64,000 bases of DNA from Christensenellaceae bacterium Phil1. GTDB lineage: Bacteria > Bacillota > Clostridia > Christensenellales > CAG-138. The position numbers were made by a program, and so were the translations under genes. Below the pieces are notes generated by a model. It searched no databases. It had not been told where the DNA came from and saw nothing but the letters and a program-made list of their open reading frames with translations. The stretch is taken from positions 33,754 through 97,753 of the forward strand of contig MSGS01000026.1 of assembly GCA_001940855.1 (NCBI GenBank), in the 5' to 3' direction. Of the stretch, positions 1 to 9,767 are shown in pieces (within the stretch, counting starts at the first letter, position 1; every line of letters starts with the position of its first letter).

Positions 1-132
1 ATAGGCGACGACAAATACGGCGTCCGCGACCGCGCTCCCCTCGCCTTAACCGCCGTAAGGCTGGAGCTGCACTTCCCCAAAAACGGCCTGCTCAGCTACC
101 TTGAGGGGAAGGAAATAGGGATTGAGGGGTAA
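1..132 (+). CDS. RluA-family pseudouridine synthase, C-terminal fragment (5' part lies outside the window)
   Basis: Frame +1 reads IGDDKYGVRDRAPLALTAVRLELHFPKNGLLSYLEGKEIGIEG* with the stop at 130..132. The GDxxYG motif and the tail resemble RluA/RluD C-termini. Confidence 0.55.
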   Translation: MGDDKYGVRDRAPLALTAVRLELHFPKNGLLSYLEGKEIGIEG

Positions 133-231
133 AAGCGGGCTGTGCGCCGATAACGATACCCAAGCATGAACCTATTAAAAGGGTGTATGTTGAAATGGTG
201 AAGCAGGTTGTGGAAAGCGAGGCTGTAAATT

Positions 232-594
232 ATGAGGACGATTGAGGATTATATGGCAATGCCATACCGCATGGAAATAGTTGAGGACAGCGATGAAGGC
301 GGCTTTGTCGCGTCGTATCCCGATTTGCCGGGCTGCATAAGCTGCGGAGAAACGGTTGAAGCGGCGGCAGCCAATGCGCAGGACGCAAAACGCGCATGGC
401 TTGAAGCTGCAATGGAGGACGGCATAGCGATACGCGAACCGGACAGCTTAGATGACTACTCCGGCCAGTTCAAGCTGCGCATTCCCAAAAGTCTGCACAG
501 GTCCCTTGCGGAGCATTCTCAGCGCGAGGGCATAAGCATGAACCAGTATTGTGTATATCTCCTTTCCCGTAACGACGCCGTATATTCAAAGTAA
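232..594 (+). CDS. hicB: HicB-family antitoxin, orphan (no hicA partner)
   Basis: 120-aa ORF with a HicB-type N-terminus (EDSDEGGFVASYPDLPGCISCGETVEAA) and a ribbon-helix-helix-like tail (KLRIPKSLHRSLAEHSQREGISMNQYCVYLL). Positions 133..231 hold only 11- to 15-codon stubs. Confidence 0.8.
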   Translation: MRTIEDYMAMPYRMEIVEDSDEGGFVASYPDLPGCISCGETVEAAAANAQDAKRAWLEAAMEDGIAIREPDSLDDYSGQFKLRIPKSLHRSLAEHSQREGISMNQYCVYLLSRNDAVYSK

Positions 595-659
595 CTTCGC
601 TCCCGCTTCGGAATATTTAACTGATTATTGCAGAAAAAATTCCGAAACGGGAATTTTTA

Positions 660-688
660 TTGACCAAATGCCGAATATAACCTATAAT
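660..688 (+). promoter_or_regulatory. Candidate sigma-A promoter for the AAA+ ATPase gene
   Basis: TTGACC (660..665), a 17-nt spacer, then TATAAT (683..688), about 35 nt upstream of the ATG at 724. Confidence 0.4.
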
Positions 689-723
689 CGGAATAGATAC
701 CCGAACTTAAAGGGGGATAAGGC

Positions 724-1941
724 ATGATAGAGCGGACAAATTACATAGAAAAGCTGCTCGGCTGGAAAGACGAACAGGTGATAAAGGTCGTCACGGGCAT
801 ACGCCGCTGCGGCAAATCAACGCTGCTCAGGCAGTATCAGGATGCGCTCAGGCAGCGCGGCGTGAGTGAAGAACAAATAATATCCATCAATTTTGAGGAG
901 TTGGAAAACGAGCCACTGCTTGATTACCATGCGCTGTATGATCACATAAAGGCGCGGCTTTGCGGCGGCAGAATGACGTATATATTCCTTGATGAAATAC
1001 AGAAGGTGCCTTTTTACGAAAAGGCTGTGGACAGCCTTTATGTTAAGGAAAATACGGATATATACCTAACCGGCTCCAATGCGTATATGCTTTCGGGGGA
1101 CCTTGCAACGCTGCTGACGGGGCGCTATGTTGAGCTTTCCATGCTGCCGCTGTCCTTTGGCGAATACTGCCGCGCGGCGGGCTGCACGGGCGAAGCGGCG
1201 CTCAATGAATACATGCGCTACGGCGGAATGCCGTATATAGCCGCAATGGATAAAACGCCGGACAAGGCGGATACATACCTTGAAGGAATATATAATACCG
1301 TTATCGTGCGCGATATTGAGGATCGCCAGGCCCGAAGGGAAGCCGACCACGCAAAGCGCAAGGTTACGGACATTGCGCTGCTCAAATCCATCGCCCGTTT
1401 TCTTGCGGGCGGCGTGGGCAGCCCAATATCGGTAAAGAGCGTTTCGGATTACCTTATATCGGGCGGAAGAAAAGTGTCCCCCAACACGGTGGACGATTAT
1501 ATGGAAGCGCTCAGGGAATCGTTTGTGTTCTATCCCGTTGAGCGGTTCGACATAGTGGGCAAACAGCTGCTCAGGGCCAACAAAAAATGGTATATAGTCG
1601 ATCTTGGGCTGAGGAACCACATATTGCCGCGCAGCAATTACGACTTGGGCTTTTCAATAGAAAACATAGTGTATTTTGAGCTGCTCAGGCGCGGATATCA
1701 GGTGAACATAGGCAAATACGGCGCGGCGGAGGTGGACTTCGTTGCCCGTAAGCGCGACGAAATAGCCTATTATCAGGTAACGGCAAGCATGACCGCGCCC
1801 GAAACATTTGAGCGCGAAATGCGCCCGCTCAGGAGCATACGCGACAATTACGAAAAAACCGTGCTTACGCTTGATCGTTTCAGCACGGGCAATTACGATG
1901 GAATACGCGTTATCAATCTTGTGGATTGGTTAGGACAATAA
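724..1941 (+). CDS. AAA+ ATPase of the COG1373 / DUF4143 type
   Basis: 405 aa. Walker A GIRRCGKST, Walker B-like YIFLDEIQ, and a C-terminal region typical of DUF4143 ATPases. SD AAGGGGGA lies upstream of the ATG. Confidence 0.8.
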   Translation: MIERTNYIEKLLGWKDEQVIKVVTGIRRCGKSTLLRQYQDALRQRGVSEEQIISINFEELENEPLLDYHALYDHIKARLCGGRMTYIFLDEIQKVPFYEKAVDSLYVKENTDIYLTGSNAYMLSGDLATLLTGRYVELSMLPLSFGEYCRAAGCTGEAALNEYMRYGGMPYIAAMDKTPDKADTYLEGIYNTVIVRDIEDRQARREADHAKRKVTDIALLKSIARFLAGGVGSPISVKSVSDYLISGGRKVSPNTVDDYMEALRESFVFYPVERFDIVGKQLLRANKKWYIVDLGLRNHILPRSNYDLGFSIENIVYFELLRRGYQVNIGKYGAAEVDFVARKRDEIAYYQVTASMTAPETFEREMRPLRSIRDNYEKTVLTLDRFSTGNYDGIRVINLVDWLGQ

Positions 1942-1952
1942 AGGAGCACACG

Positions 1953-2615
1953 ATGCAGACATACGACCTGTTTGACATAATCGGCCCGCGGATGGTGGGG
2001 CCGTCGAGCAGCCACACGGCGGGCGCGGCGCGGCTGGGGCGCATGGCTAACAAAATCGCCGGCGGGCACGTTAAGCGCGCGCACATAACGCTTTTCGGCT
2101 CGTTTGCCACCACCGGGCGCGGCCACGGCACGGATAAGGCCATTGTGGCGGGCATACTGGGCATGGAGCCGGACGACGAGCGGCTCAGATATTCAATGCT
2201 GCTTGCAAAGGAGGCGGATGTGGAGATTTCCGTTGATTTCAGCGAGGAAATGCGGGATCATCCCAACACCGCCGAAATAGAAATCGAAACGCGCGACGGC
2301 AATATAACCCGCATCTGCGGCGCAAGCATAGGCGGAGGCAGCATACTTATAACCGAAATAAACGGGCTTGAAATGGAGCTGAGCGGCGAATATCCCGCCC
2401 TTATAGTGCGCCACAGGGACGTGCCGGGCGTTATAAACACCGTTACAAACATTCTTGCCAACGAGCATGTTAACGTTGCGTTCATGCGCGTATTCCGCCA
2501 CGCGCGGCGGCAGGATGCATGCATGGTGATAGAGACGGACTCGCCCGTGAGCGAGCGGGTATGCAGGCTTATACTTGACTGGAACGAGAATATTTCGGGG
2601 GTGCTTGCCGTATGA
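1953..2615 (+). CDS. sdaAB: L-serine dehydratase, iron-sulfur dependent, beta subunit
   Basis: N-terminus MQTYDLFDIIGPRMVGPSSSHTAGAARLG plus an ACT-like C-terminal domain. SD AAAGGAG lies 6 nt before the ATG at 1953, which is in frame with the track ORF starting at 1926. Confidence 0.9.
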   Translation: MQTYDLFDIIGPRMVGPSSSHTAGAARLGRMANKIAGGHVKRAHITLFGSFATTGRGHGTDKAIVAGILGMEPDDERLRYSMLLAKEADVEISVDFSEEMRDHPNTAEIEIETRDGNITRICGASIGGGSILITEINGLEMELSGEYPALIVRHRDVPGVINTVTNILANEHVNVAFMRVFRHARRQDACMVIETDSPVSERVCRLILDWNENISGVLAV

Positions 2616-3508
2616 CGGGCTATTGCTTCACGAATGGAGAAGAGCTTATCGCCATCTGCAAAAAGGAGGGGCTTACAATAAGCGAAGTGATGCTCCGCCG
2701 CCAGCAGGAGCTTTCCGACGACACGGCGGAAAACATATTGAAGGAGCTTAAAACAACGCTGCATGCCATGAAGCGGAGCGTTGAGGAAGGGCTGACGGAG
2801 GAGCTGGAAAGCGTATCCGGCCTTTCCGGCGGGGATGCAATGCGCCTGAACGACCGCGCGGAGAAGAACGCGCTGAGCGGCACGCTTGCGGCAAAGGCCG
2901 CGGCGGCGAGCATGGCCGTGGTTGAAGTGAACGCGGCAATGGGCCGCATAGTTGCGGCGCCCACCGCGGGCGCAAGCGGAATACTGCCGGGCGTGCTTTT
3001 CACCTGTGCAAAGGAGCGCGGCTGGAACGACGAAAAGCTGCTCAGCGGCCTGCTTACCGCGGGCGCGATAGGCAGCATAATAGCCGCAAACGCCAGCATA
3101 AGCGGCGCGGAGCACGGCTGCCAGGCGGAGACCGGCTCCGCCGCGGCAATGGCTGCGGCTGCGCTTTGCGAGCTGGACGGCGGCAGCGCGGACAGGTGCC
3201 TTAACGCGGCGGCGATAGCGCTGAAGAACGTTATGGGCCTTGTGTGCGATCCGGTCGCCGGCCTTGTTGAATGCCCGTGCATAAAGCGCAATGCACTCGG
3301 CGCGATGAATGCGCTAATCAGCGCGGATATGGCGCTTGCGGGCATACCCAGCCTTATACCCTTCGATGAAACCGTTATGGCGATGCGCTCCGTGGGCCGC
3401 CTTATGAGCCCCGACCTGCGCGAGACCGCGCGCGGCGGCTGCGCCGCCACCCCCACCGGCCGCGCCATACGCAAAAAGCTCGGCCTGAACGAGATTGAGG
3501 AGGAGTAG
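2612..3508 (+). CDS. sdaAA: L-serine dehydratase, iron-sulfur dependent, alpha subunit
   Basis: 298 aa. Its ATGA start overlaps the sdaAB stop. Alpha-subunit Cys motifs are present (HGCQAETGSAAAMAA, VECPCIKRNA). Confidence 0.9.
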   Translation: MTGYCFTNGEELIAICKKEGLTISEVMLRRQQELSDDTAENILKELKTTLHAMKRSVEEGLTEELESVSGLSGGDAMRLNDRAEKNALSGTLAAKAAAASMAVVEVNAAMGRIVAAPTAGASGILPGVLFTCAKERGWNDEKLLSGLLTAGAIGSIIAANASISGAEHGCQAETGSAAAMAAAALCELDGGSADRCLNAAAIALKNVMGLVCDPVAGLVECPCIKRNALGAMNALISADMALAGIPSLIPFDETVMAMRSVGRLMSPDLRETARGGCAATPTGRAIRKKLGLNEIEEE

Positions 3509-3608
3509 GGCATGGCAGTGAAATCCTGCTTACGCAGGGCGAAATCCACCTGACGGCGGGTGAGCGTAAGAGATTGTAAAGATATGGGGACGCTGTGCGT
3601 CCCCTTTT
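3509..3608. repeat. Structured intergenic repeat (hairpin-GTGAAAT units plus a terminal GC hairpin); second copy at 60638..60790
   Basis: Units are gtgaaat (3518..3524), cctgc-ttac-gcagg + gcgaaat (3525..3545) and ccacc-tgac-ggcgg + gtgagcg (3546..3566). A conserved tail follows, then the hairpin ggggacgc-tgt-gcgtcccc (3586..3604) and TTTT. The element sits between the convergent sdaAA and anti-sigma genes, so it probably also terminates in both directions. Confidence 0.6.
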
Positions 3609-3617
3609 GAGTATTGC

Positions 3618-4919
3618 TTACTCGTCCTCTATATCATATTTCACTATTTCGCCCGTTGCGGCATTTATTTCGTATTCGTATTCGTAATTGCCGCACTCAA
3701 AGTCTATTTCGTATACCATTATGCCGTCCTCGCGGTCGAGCTCGCATTCAAATTCGCGTATGCTGCCTTCGCTTACGCCCGCGTGGGCAAGGGCGATCTG
3801 CTTTGCCTTTGATTCGCCTATGTATCCGCTTTCGGCATTGGCGGTGGGCTTGGGGGTGGATGAAGGGGTGGGGGTGGATGCGGGCGCGGTCGCTGCGTCG
3901 GGCGCGTCGGTGGGTGCGGGGGAGGGGGAGACGCTGCCGCGCCTGTCGGCCTCAAACTTTATTATTTCGCCCGTTTTGGCGTTTATGTCGTATTCGTATT
4001 CGCTGCCGGCGCAGTCGAATTCCAGCTCGTATATCATTGCGCCGTGCTCGTAGTCCATTTCAAATTCGTAATCATAAATGTCGCCTTCGTTCACGCCCGC
4101 GTGGGCAAGGGCTATCCGCTTTGCCTCGGCCTCGCCTATGTATGCGCGCTCGCTTGCCGTGCCGGCGGAGGTCACGTTGGCTATGCTCTTTGTGCCGCTT
4201 TCGCCTATCAGGTTCAGCTCGTTCACGCTAAGCCCCGCTAATTCCTCAAACGTATGCGCGGCGTTGTTTTCGGTTATCTGCCGTATAAGCTGCGCCTTGC
4301 CCTCCGTTATGCCGTATTCCTCGGCAAGGCGCTTGGTTTCGGGGTCGCTCGTTATGGTTTGGCTCAGCACCGCGCCCTGAAAGCTGCCGGTGTTCAGCAT
4401 ATCCGTCACCTCCGCGCTGAGCGCGCTCTGCATTGCGGCGTTCTTCTCCGCATCGTCCCCGTTAACGCTTATAAGTATTGAATTGGCCATTTCGGAAATG
4501 TAGCCTTCGCGCAGCATGGAGCCTATCAGCGCGTTCACGGCAACCTTTATGTCGCTGCCTTCAAGCTTCATGTCGCCTATCACCTTTTTGCCGTCCTCGT
4601 TCTTCGGCGTAACGTAAACTACCTTTTCGCCCTTGTTTACGCCTATTTCAATGCTGGGGTTCACGTCCAGCGCAACGGTGGACGCAACGCCGTACCTTTC
4701 GCCGTATGCATAGCTGCACATTATCATCAGCAGCAGCGCCGCGGCAGCGGCGGCTATTCGGGCGAATGTTTTGTTAATGCTTTTTTTTGCCTGTTTATTT
4801 TCCAATGGTATTACCTTGCCTTTCTGTTCTTTGCATTTTTCCGTCACCTTGTCCAGCTGATACGGGGCGGCATTGACAAATGCGCGCTTCACGCTCCGCT
4901 CTATCTTATCGTTTTTCAT
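3618..4919 (-). CDS. Anti-sigma factor-like membrane protein with tandem C-terminal PepSY domains
   Basis: 433 aa with one TM segment (FARIAAAAAALLLMIMCSYAY). Two PepSY-like repeats (YIGEAEAKRIALAHAGVNEGDIYDYEFEMDYEHGAMIYELEF... and YIGESKAKQIALAHAGVSEGSIREFECELDREDGIMVYEIDF...) are joined by a P/T/A-rich linker. The start lies 1 nt after the sigma gene stop. Confidence 0.7.
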   Translation of the reverse strand: MKNDKIERSVKRAFVNAAPYQLDKVTEKCKEQKGKVIPLENKQAKKSINKTFARIAAAAAALLLMIMCSYAYGERYGVASTVALDVNPSIEIGVNKGEKVVYVTPKNEDGKKVIGDMKLEGSDIKVAVNALIGSMLREGYISEMANSILISVNGDDAEKNAAMQSALSAEVTDMLNTGSFQGAVLSQTITSDPETKRLAEEYGITEGKAQLIRQITENNAAHTFEELAGLSVNELNLIGESGTKSIANVTSAGTASERAYIGEAEAKRIALAHAGVNEGDIYDYEFEMDYEHGAMIYELEFDCAGSEYEYDINAKTGEIIKFEADRRGSVSPSPAPTDAPDAATAPASTPTPSSTPKPTANAESGYIGESKAKQIALAHAGVSEGSIREFECELDREDGIMVYEIDFECGNYEYEYEINAATGEIVKYDIEDE

Positions 4920-4920
4920 G

Positions 4921-5493
4921 CTAAATGCCCTCCGTCTGCATAATATTTGCCTTCAGCTTTTTTATGGCCCTGCTGTATTTTGAAAGTACCGCCGTAAGGG
5001 TCATGCCCATCAGATGCGCGGTTTCGCGGTGCTTCATGCCGCCCACCGCGTGCAGAACGACTATTTGCCGCTCCGCGTCATCAAGTGCGTTCATGCATTG
5101 CTCCAGCACCAATCTGTCCTCGCTGGATACCGCCGCCTGCTCAACATAGCTTTCCCAATCCTCCATCGGGGCATGGGCGTGCTTTGCGCGCTCCCGCAGC
5201 CGGTCCAGGCATATGTTGCGGGTTATTGCTATAAGCCAGGCCATCGGCTTGCCCTGCGGCCTGTATGTTCCCGCGCCCGCGTATGCCTTCACGAAGCAGT
5301 CCTGCGCCGCCTCCTCCGCGTCGTGCCGGTTTTTCAGCATGGACAGCGCGAATGCGTATACCGCCGCGTTGGCAATGTTATAAAGCGGCTCCATGGCTGC
5401 CGCGTCGCCGTTTGCCAGGCGGGCAATGCATCGCTCCATCGTTTCGCGTTCGTCCGCGCTCTGCGGGGCAACGGTATTAAGGCATATCAGCAT
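4921..5493 (-). CDS. ECF-type RNA polymerase sigma-70 family factor
   Basis: 190 aa with region 2 (AQDCFVKAYAGAGTYRPQGKPMAWLIAITRN) and region 4 (VVLHAVGGMKHRETAHLMGMTLTAVLSKYSRAIKKLK). SD AAGGAG lies 9 nt upstream. Confidence 0.85.
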   Translation of the reverse strand: MLICLNTVAPQSADERETMERCIARLANGDAAAMEPLYNIANAAVYAFALSMLKNRHDAEEAAQDCFVKAYAGAGTYRPQGKPMAWLIAITRNICLDRLRERAKHAHAPMEDWESYVEQAAVSSEDRLVLEQCMNALDDAERQIVVLHAVGGMKHRETAHLMGMTLTAVLSKYSRAIKKLKANIMQTEGI

Positions 5494-5572
5494 CGTTCAG
5501 CGCTCCTTTCATAATGTAAACGGAAAAACGCCGCGTTTTATTGCGGCAAGGATAAAATTTATTATAGCACAA

Positions 5573-5603
5573 TAAAATGGGACGCGATTATGAACCGCGT
5601 CCC
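5573..5603 (-). terminator. Intrinsic terminator after the V-ATPase operon
   Basis: On the minus strand: gggacgcg-gttcataat-cgcgtccc followed by ATTTTATT. A second hairpin plus T-run (gccgc..gcggc GTTTTT) lies at about 5524..5550. Confidence 0.6.
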
Positions 5604-5620
5604 GTTGCTTTGCAAGCTTT

Positions 5621-6250
5621 TTACTTATTCGCCAGCATTTCCTTGGTTTTCATAAGCCGCGTCAGGTTGCCGCGCTCGTTTTCGTCCAGCTTCATGGTGA
5701 TGGCGTGGATAGCCTCGTCAAACTGGGGAATCATAACGTACTCAAGCGCGTTCACGCGGCGTCGGGTCTTTTCGATCTCGTCCGCAAGGCGGTTGCATAT
5801 CTTTTCAACCTCCGCAAGCTCAATGAGCAGCGGCAGCAGCTCGCTGAACTGCTTCACCGCGCCGTCCAGCTCCGCACCGGTGTTGGCCATGCCGTAGGGC
5901 AGCTCTATCGCGTCCGTGCCTGCAACAAGGTCAAGCTTGGGCGCCTGCACGCCGAGCACCTGCTGCGTGCCTACCGTTATTTTGGCAGGGCGGGCGGGGT
6001 AGCACAGCGCTTCCTCTATATCCGCGTTGCCCATGCCCGCGCGCGCCAGCACAAAGCTTTGCATCGCCTGCCCAAGCTTTTCCTCCACCTGCTCGCGCAG
6101 CTCCTTGTTCCGCCGGACGTATATTATGAAGCGGCGCACCATTTCGTCCCGCTTGTCCTTCATCAGCTTATGACCGCGGACGGCGACCTTCTTTTTCTTT
6201 TTCAGGTTGGAAAGCTCCATCCTTGTGGGCTTTACCTGCAATGCAGCCAT
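5621..6250 (-). CDS. ntpD: V-type ATP synthase subunit D
   Basis: 209 aa. N-terminus VKPTRMELSNLKKKKKVAVRGHKLMKDKRDEM is typical of V/A-ATPase D subunits. Confidence 0.95.
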   Translation of the reverse strand: MAALQVKPTRMELSNLKKKKKVAVRGHKLMKDKRDEMVRRFIIYVRRNKELREQVEEKLGQAMQSFVLARAGMGNADIEEALCYPARPAKITVGTQQVLGVQAPKLDLVAGTDAIELPYGMANTGAELDGAVKQFSELLPLLIELAEVEKICNRLADEIEKTRRRVNALEYVMIPQFDEAIHAITMKLDENERGNLTRLMKTKEMLANK

Positions 6251-6279
6251 AGTTCGCCTCCTTTGCTATGCCGTGCGGC

Positions 6280-7659
6280 TTATTCTTCCGCCTTGGGCAG
6301 ATATTTGTCCAAGTATTCGTCCCTTATGCGCTTGAGCTCCGTGCGCGGCAGTATGGACAAAAGCTGCCAGCCTATGTTCAGCGTTTCCTCTATGGTGCGG
6401 TTGGTGTAATACCCTTGGGAAACGTACTGCTCCTCAAATGCATCGGCAAACTTTGCGTAAAGCTTATCCGTGTCGCTCAGCGCCGCGTCGCCCAGTATTA
6501 CGGCCAGCTCCTTCGCGTCCTTACCGCGGGAATACGCAGCGAAAAGCTGATTCATTGTGTCCGCGTGGTCCTCGCGCGTTTTGCCCTTGCCTATGCCCTT
6601 GTCCTTCAAGCGGCTAAGCGAAGGCAGCACGTTTATGGGCGGCGTTATGCCGCGGCGGTGCAGCTCGCGCGAAAGGATTATCTGCCCTTCGGTAATGTAG
6701 CCGGTAAGGTCGGGTATGGGGTGGGTAATGTCGTCCTCGGGCATGGAGAGTATGGGTATCATGGTTATCGAACCCTTGTTGTCCTTTATCCTGCCCGCGC
6801 GCTCATACATTGTTGCAAGGTCGGTATAAAGATAGCCCGGGTAACCCCTGCGGCCCGGAACCTCCTTACGGGCGGCGGAAACCTCGCGCAGGGCCTCGGC
6901 ATAGTTGGTTATGTCCGTAATTATAACAAGCACGTGCATACCGAGATCGTATGCCAAATACTCCGCGGCGGTTATTGCCATACGCGGCGTGGCGATACGC
7001 TCTATGGCGGGGTCGTTTGCAAGGTTAACGAACGTTACCGTGCGGTCTATTGCGCCGGTGGAGCGGAAATCGTTTATGAAGAAGTCCGCTTCCTCAAACG
7101 TTATGCCGACAGCCGCGAAAACAACAGCGAAGCTTTCGTCCGCGCCCAGCACCTTCGCCTGGCGCGCAATCTGCGCGGCAAGCTGCGCATGCGGCAGGCC
7201 GCTGCCGGAGAATACGGGCAGCTTCTGGCCCCTGACGAGCGTATTCAGCCCGTCTATCGCGCTTATGCCCGTCTGTATAAATTCGGAAGGATAGTCGCGC
7301 GCGGCGGGGTTTATGGGCGCGCCGTTTATGTCCATGCGCTTTTGGGCAATCAGCGGCTCGCCGTCGTCCTTGGGGCGGCCCATGCCGTCGAATACCCTGC
7401 CCAGCATGTCGGGCGCCACGGCAAGCTCTATGCTGTGGCCCAAAAAGCGCGCCTTGGAATCGCTTATCCTCAGGCCTTGAGAGCCTTCAAAAAGCTGAAG
7501 CAGCGCCTTGTCCTGATTTATTTCCAGCACCCTGCCGCGGCGTATTTCGCTGTTGGCCTGCTCTATTTCAACCAGCTCGTCGTACTTAACGCCCTCCACG
7601 CCTTCAACCATCATCAGCGGGCCCACGACTTCCTTTATTGTGCGGTATTCTTTACGCAT
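6280..7659 (-). CDS. ntpB: V-type ATP synthase subunit B
   Basis: 459 aa. [30 protein letters not shown]..., with a non-catalytic P-loop remnant SGSGLPH. Confidence 0.95.
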   Translation of the reverse strand: MRKEYRTIKEVVGPLMMVEGVEGVKYDELVEIEQANSEIRRGRVLEINQDKALLQLFEGSQGLRISDSKARFLGHSIELAVAPDMLGRVFDGMGRPKDDGEPLIAQKRMDINGAPINPAARDYPSEFIQTGISAIDGLNTLVRGQKLPVFSGSGLPHAQLAAQIARQAKVLGADESFAVVFAAVGITFEEADFFINDFRSTGAIDRTVTFVNLANDPAIERIATPRMAITAAEYLAYDLGMHVLVIITDITNYAEALREVSAARKEVPGRRGYPGYLYTDLATMYERAGRIKDNKGSITMIPILSMPEDDITHPIPDLTGYITEGQIILSRELHRRGITPPINVLPSLSRLKDKGIGKGKTREDHADTMNQLFAAYSRGKDAKELAVILGDAALSDTDKLYAKFADAFEEQYVSQGYYTNRTIEETLNIGWQLLSILPRTELKRIRDEYLDKYLPKAEE

Positions 7660-9427
7660 CCTCGTTACCTCCGTCCGTAAGGCTCCTTATTTCGGAATTA
7701 AGCTCGGCCATTATTTCGTCATAGCGCGCCTTGGTTTCGCTTTCCGGAACGTATTTCAGCCTGCCTATGGCTTCGCGCACGGGCAGCGTGCTCAATTTAT
7801 TGAAGCTTGCGCCGTTTTCAAGCGCGTCCTTGCCCAAATCGTAATAGGCAAGTATGGTTTTTAGCATCATACACTGCTTTTCGGGGGAGGTGTAGGTATC
7901 CACCTCGTGGAATGCGTTCTGGTGCAGATAATCCTCGCGTATGCTGCGCGCGGCCTCAAGCGTGAGCCTGTCGGCAAAGCTGAGCGCGTCTATACCCACA
8001 AGGCGGACTATTTCCTCAAGCTCGCTCTCCTCCTGAAGTATGGTCATGGTGCGCTTTACCATGCCGGCCCATTCGCCGCTTACGTTGCGGTCAAACCAGC
8101 TTTCCAGCCTGTCAAGATAAAGCGAATAGCTTTGCAGCCAGTCTATCGCGGGGAAGTGGCGCGCATAGGCAAGCTTGCTCGAAAGTCCCCAGTAAACCTT
8201 AACTATTCTCAGCGTCGCCTGCGATACGGGCTCGCTTATGTCTCCGCCCGGGGGTGAAACCGCGCCTATGGCGGTTATTGCGCCGGTGCGCCCTTCCTTG
8301 CCGAGCGCCTTTACGCAGCCCGCGCGCTCATAGAACTCCGCAAGGCGGCTCGATAGATACGCGGGGTAGCCTTCCTCGCCGGGCATTTCCTCAAGGCGGC
8401 CGCTCATTTCGCGCAGCGCCTCCGCCCAGCGGCTGGTGGAATCCGCCATTATGGCCACCTTATAGCCCATGTCGCGGAAATATTCGGCTATTGTTATGCC
8501 GGTATATATGCTTGCTTCGCGCGCCGCAACGGGCATGTCCGACGTGTTTGCTATAAGCACCGTGCGCTTCATAAGGCTCAGCCCCGTGCGCGGGTCCTTG
8601 AGCTCGGGGAATTCCATAAGCACGTCCGTCATTTCGTTGCCGCGTTCGCCGCAGCCAACGTATACTATAATGTCCGCATCGGCCCACTTGGCAAGCTGAT
8701 GCTGCACAACGGTCTTTCCGCTGCCGAACGGCCCGGGAACCGCCGCCACGCCGCCCTTTGCAACGGGGAACAGCGTATCTATTACCCTTTGGCCCGTTAC
8801 CATCGGCTCCGTGGGGGCAAGCTTTTCCTTATAGGGCCTGCCGCGGCGCACGGGCCACTTCTGGAGCATGGGCAGCTCTATTTCGCCCTTATCGGTAGCG
8901 ATTTTGGCTATCGGCTCAAGCACGTTCGCTTCGCCCGAATATACCCACGTTACCTTGCCGCTCACGCCGTTGGGCACCATTATTTTATGGAGCACGGCTT
9001 CTGTTTCCTGCACTGTGCCCAGCACGTCGCCCGCGCTCACTTCGTCGCCCACGTTTGCCACGGGAACAAAGTTCCAAAGCTTTTCGTGGCCAATGGCGTT
9101 CACGCTTATGCCGCGGTTTATTCTGTCTCCCGCCTGCTTGCGTATAACGTTCAAGGGGCGCTGTATGCCGTCGTATATCGATTCTATAAGCCCCGGCGCA
9201 AGCTCAACGCTCAGCGGCGCGCCGGTGGATTCAACCGGCTCTCCCGGGCCTATGCCGCCCGTTTCTTCATATACCTGTATGCTCGCGCGGTCAGAGCGCA
9301 GCTCTATAACCTCGCCGATCAGCTTTTTTTCACTAACGCGCACCACGTCGTACATCTGCACGTCCGCCATGCCGTCGGCCACTATAAGGGGGCCCGATAC
9401 CTTTACTATGGTTCCTTTTATTGCCAT
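7652..9427 (-). CDS. ntpA: V-type ATP synthase catalytic subunit A
   Basis: 591 aa. Walker [10 protein letters not shown], and [16 protein letters not shown] at the N-terminus. Confidence 0.95.
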   Translation of the reverse strand: MAIKGTIVKVSGPLIVADGMADVQMYDVVRVSEKKLIGEVIELRSDRASIQVYEETGGIGPGEPVESTGAPLSVELAPGLIESIYDGIQRPLNVIRKQAGDRINRGISVNAIGHEKLWNFVPVANVGDEVSAGDVLGTVQETEAVLHKIMVPNGVSGKVTWVYSGEANVLEPIAKIATDKGEIELPMLQKWPVRRGRPYKEKLAPTEPMVTGQRVIDTLFPVAKGGVAAVPGPFGSGKTVVQHQLAKWADADIIVYVGCGERGNEMTDVLMEFPELKDPRTGLSLMKRTVLIANTSDMPVAAREASIYTGITIAEYFRDMGYKVAIMADSTSRWAEALREMSGRLEEMPGEEGYPAYLSSRLAEFYERAGCVKALGKEGRTGAITAIGAVSPPGGDISEPVSQATLRIVKVYWGLSSKLAYARHFPAIDWLQSYSLYLDRLESWFDRNVSGEWAGMVKRTMTILQEESELEEIVRLVGIDALSFADRLTLEAARSIREDYLHQNAFHEVDTYTSPEKQCMMLKTILAYYDLGKDALENGASFNKLSTLPVREAIGRLKYVPESETKARYDEIMAELNSEIRSLTDGGNEDA

Positions 9428-9440
9428 TTGCCGCTCCTTA

Positions 9441-9767
9441 TCAATTAAATAATATGTCTGCGCCTATCGCCTTTTCAACGTTGCTCTTTATCTGCGCCAT
9501 GGCAACGCCCGTGCTGCCGTGCGAATCGGGAATGGGGATTATCGCCGGCACGGATTCGCGCTTGTATTGTTCCACTGCCTCGCCGCACTGCGCAAAGAGC
9601 GGCTCCGTTATGAATATCACCTTTACGCCGCCCTTGGCAAGCCTGTGTATGCGCCGCGCAGCCGCCGCGCCGTCCGTTTCCGCGAACACGGCAAGCCCCG
9701 CCGCCTTTGCAAGCAGCACGCTGTCGCGGTCGCCAATCATGGCTATTTCATGGAAATCATTCGCCAT
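9441..9767 (-). CDS. ntpF: V-type ATP synthase subunit F
   Basis: 108 aa ([21 protein letters not shown]...). Called from size and operon position. Confidence 0.85.
   Translation of the reverse strand: MANDFHEIAMIGDRDSVLLAKAAGLAVFAETDGAAAARRIHRLAKGGVKVIFITEPLFAQCGEAVEQYKRESVPAIIPIPDSHGSTGVAMAQIKSNVEKAIGADILFN

Noticed and set aside
3614-4231. An Arg/Cys-rich 205-aa ORF on the + strand.
   Set aside because: It is antisense to the PepSY-repeat region of the anti-sigma gene. It is low-complexity and has no SD.
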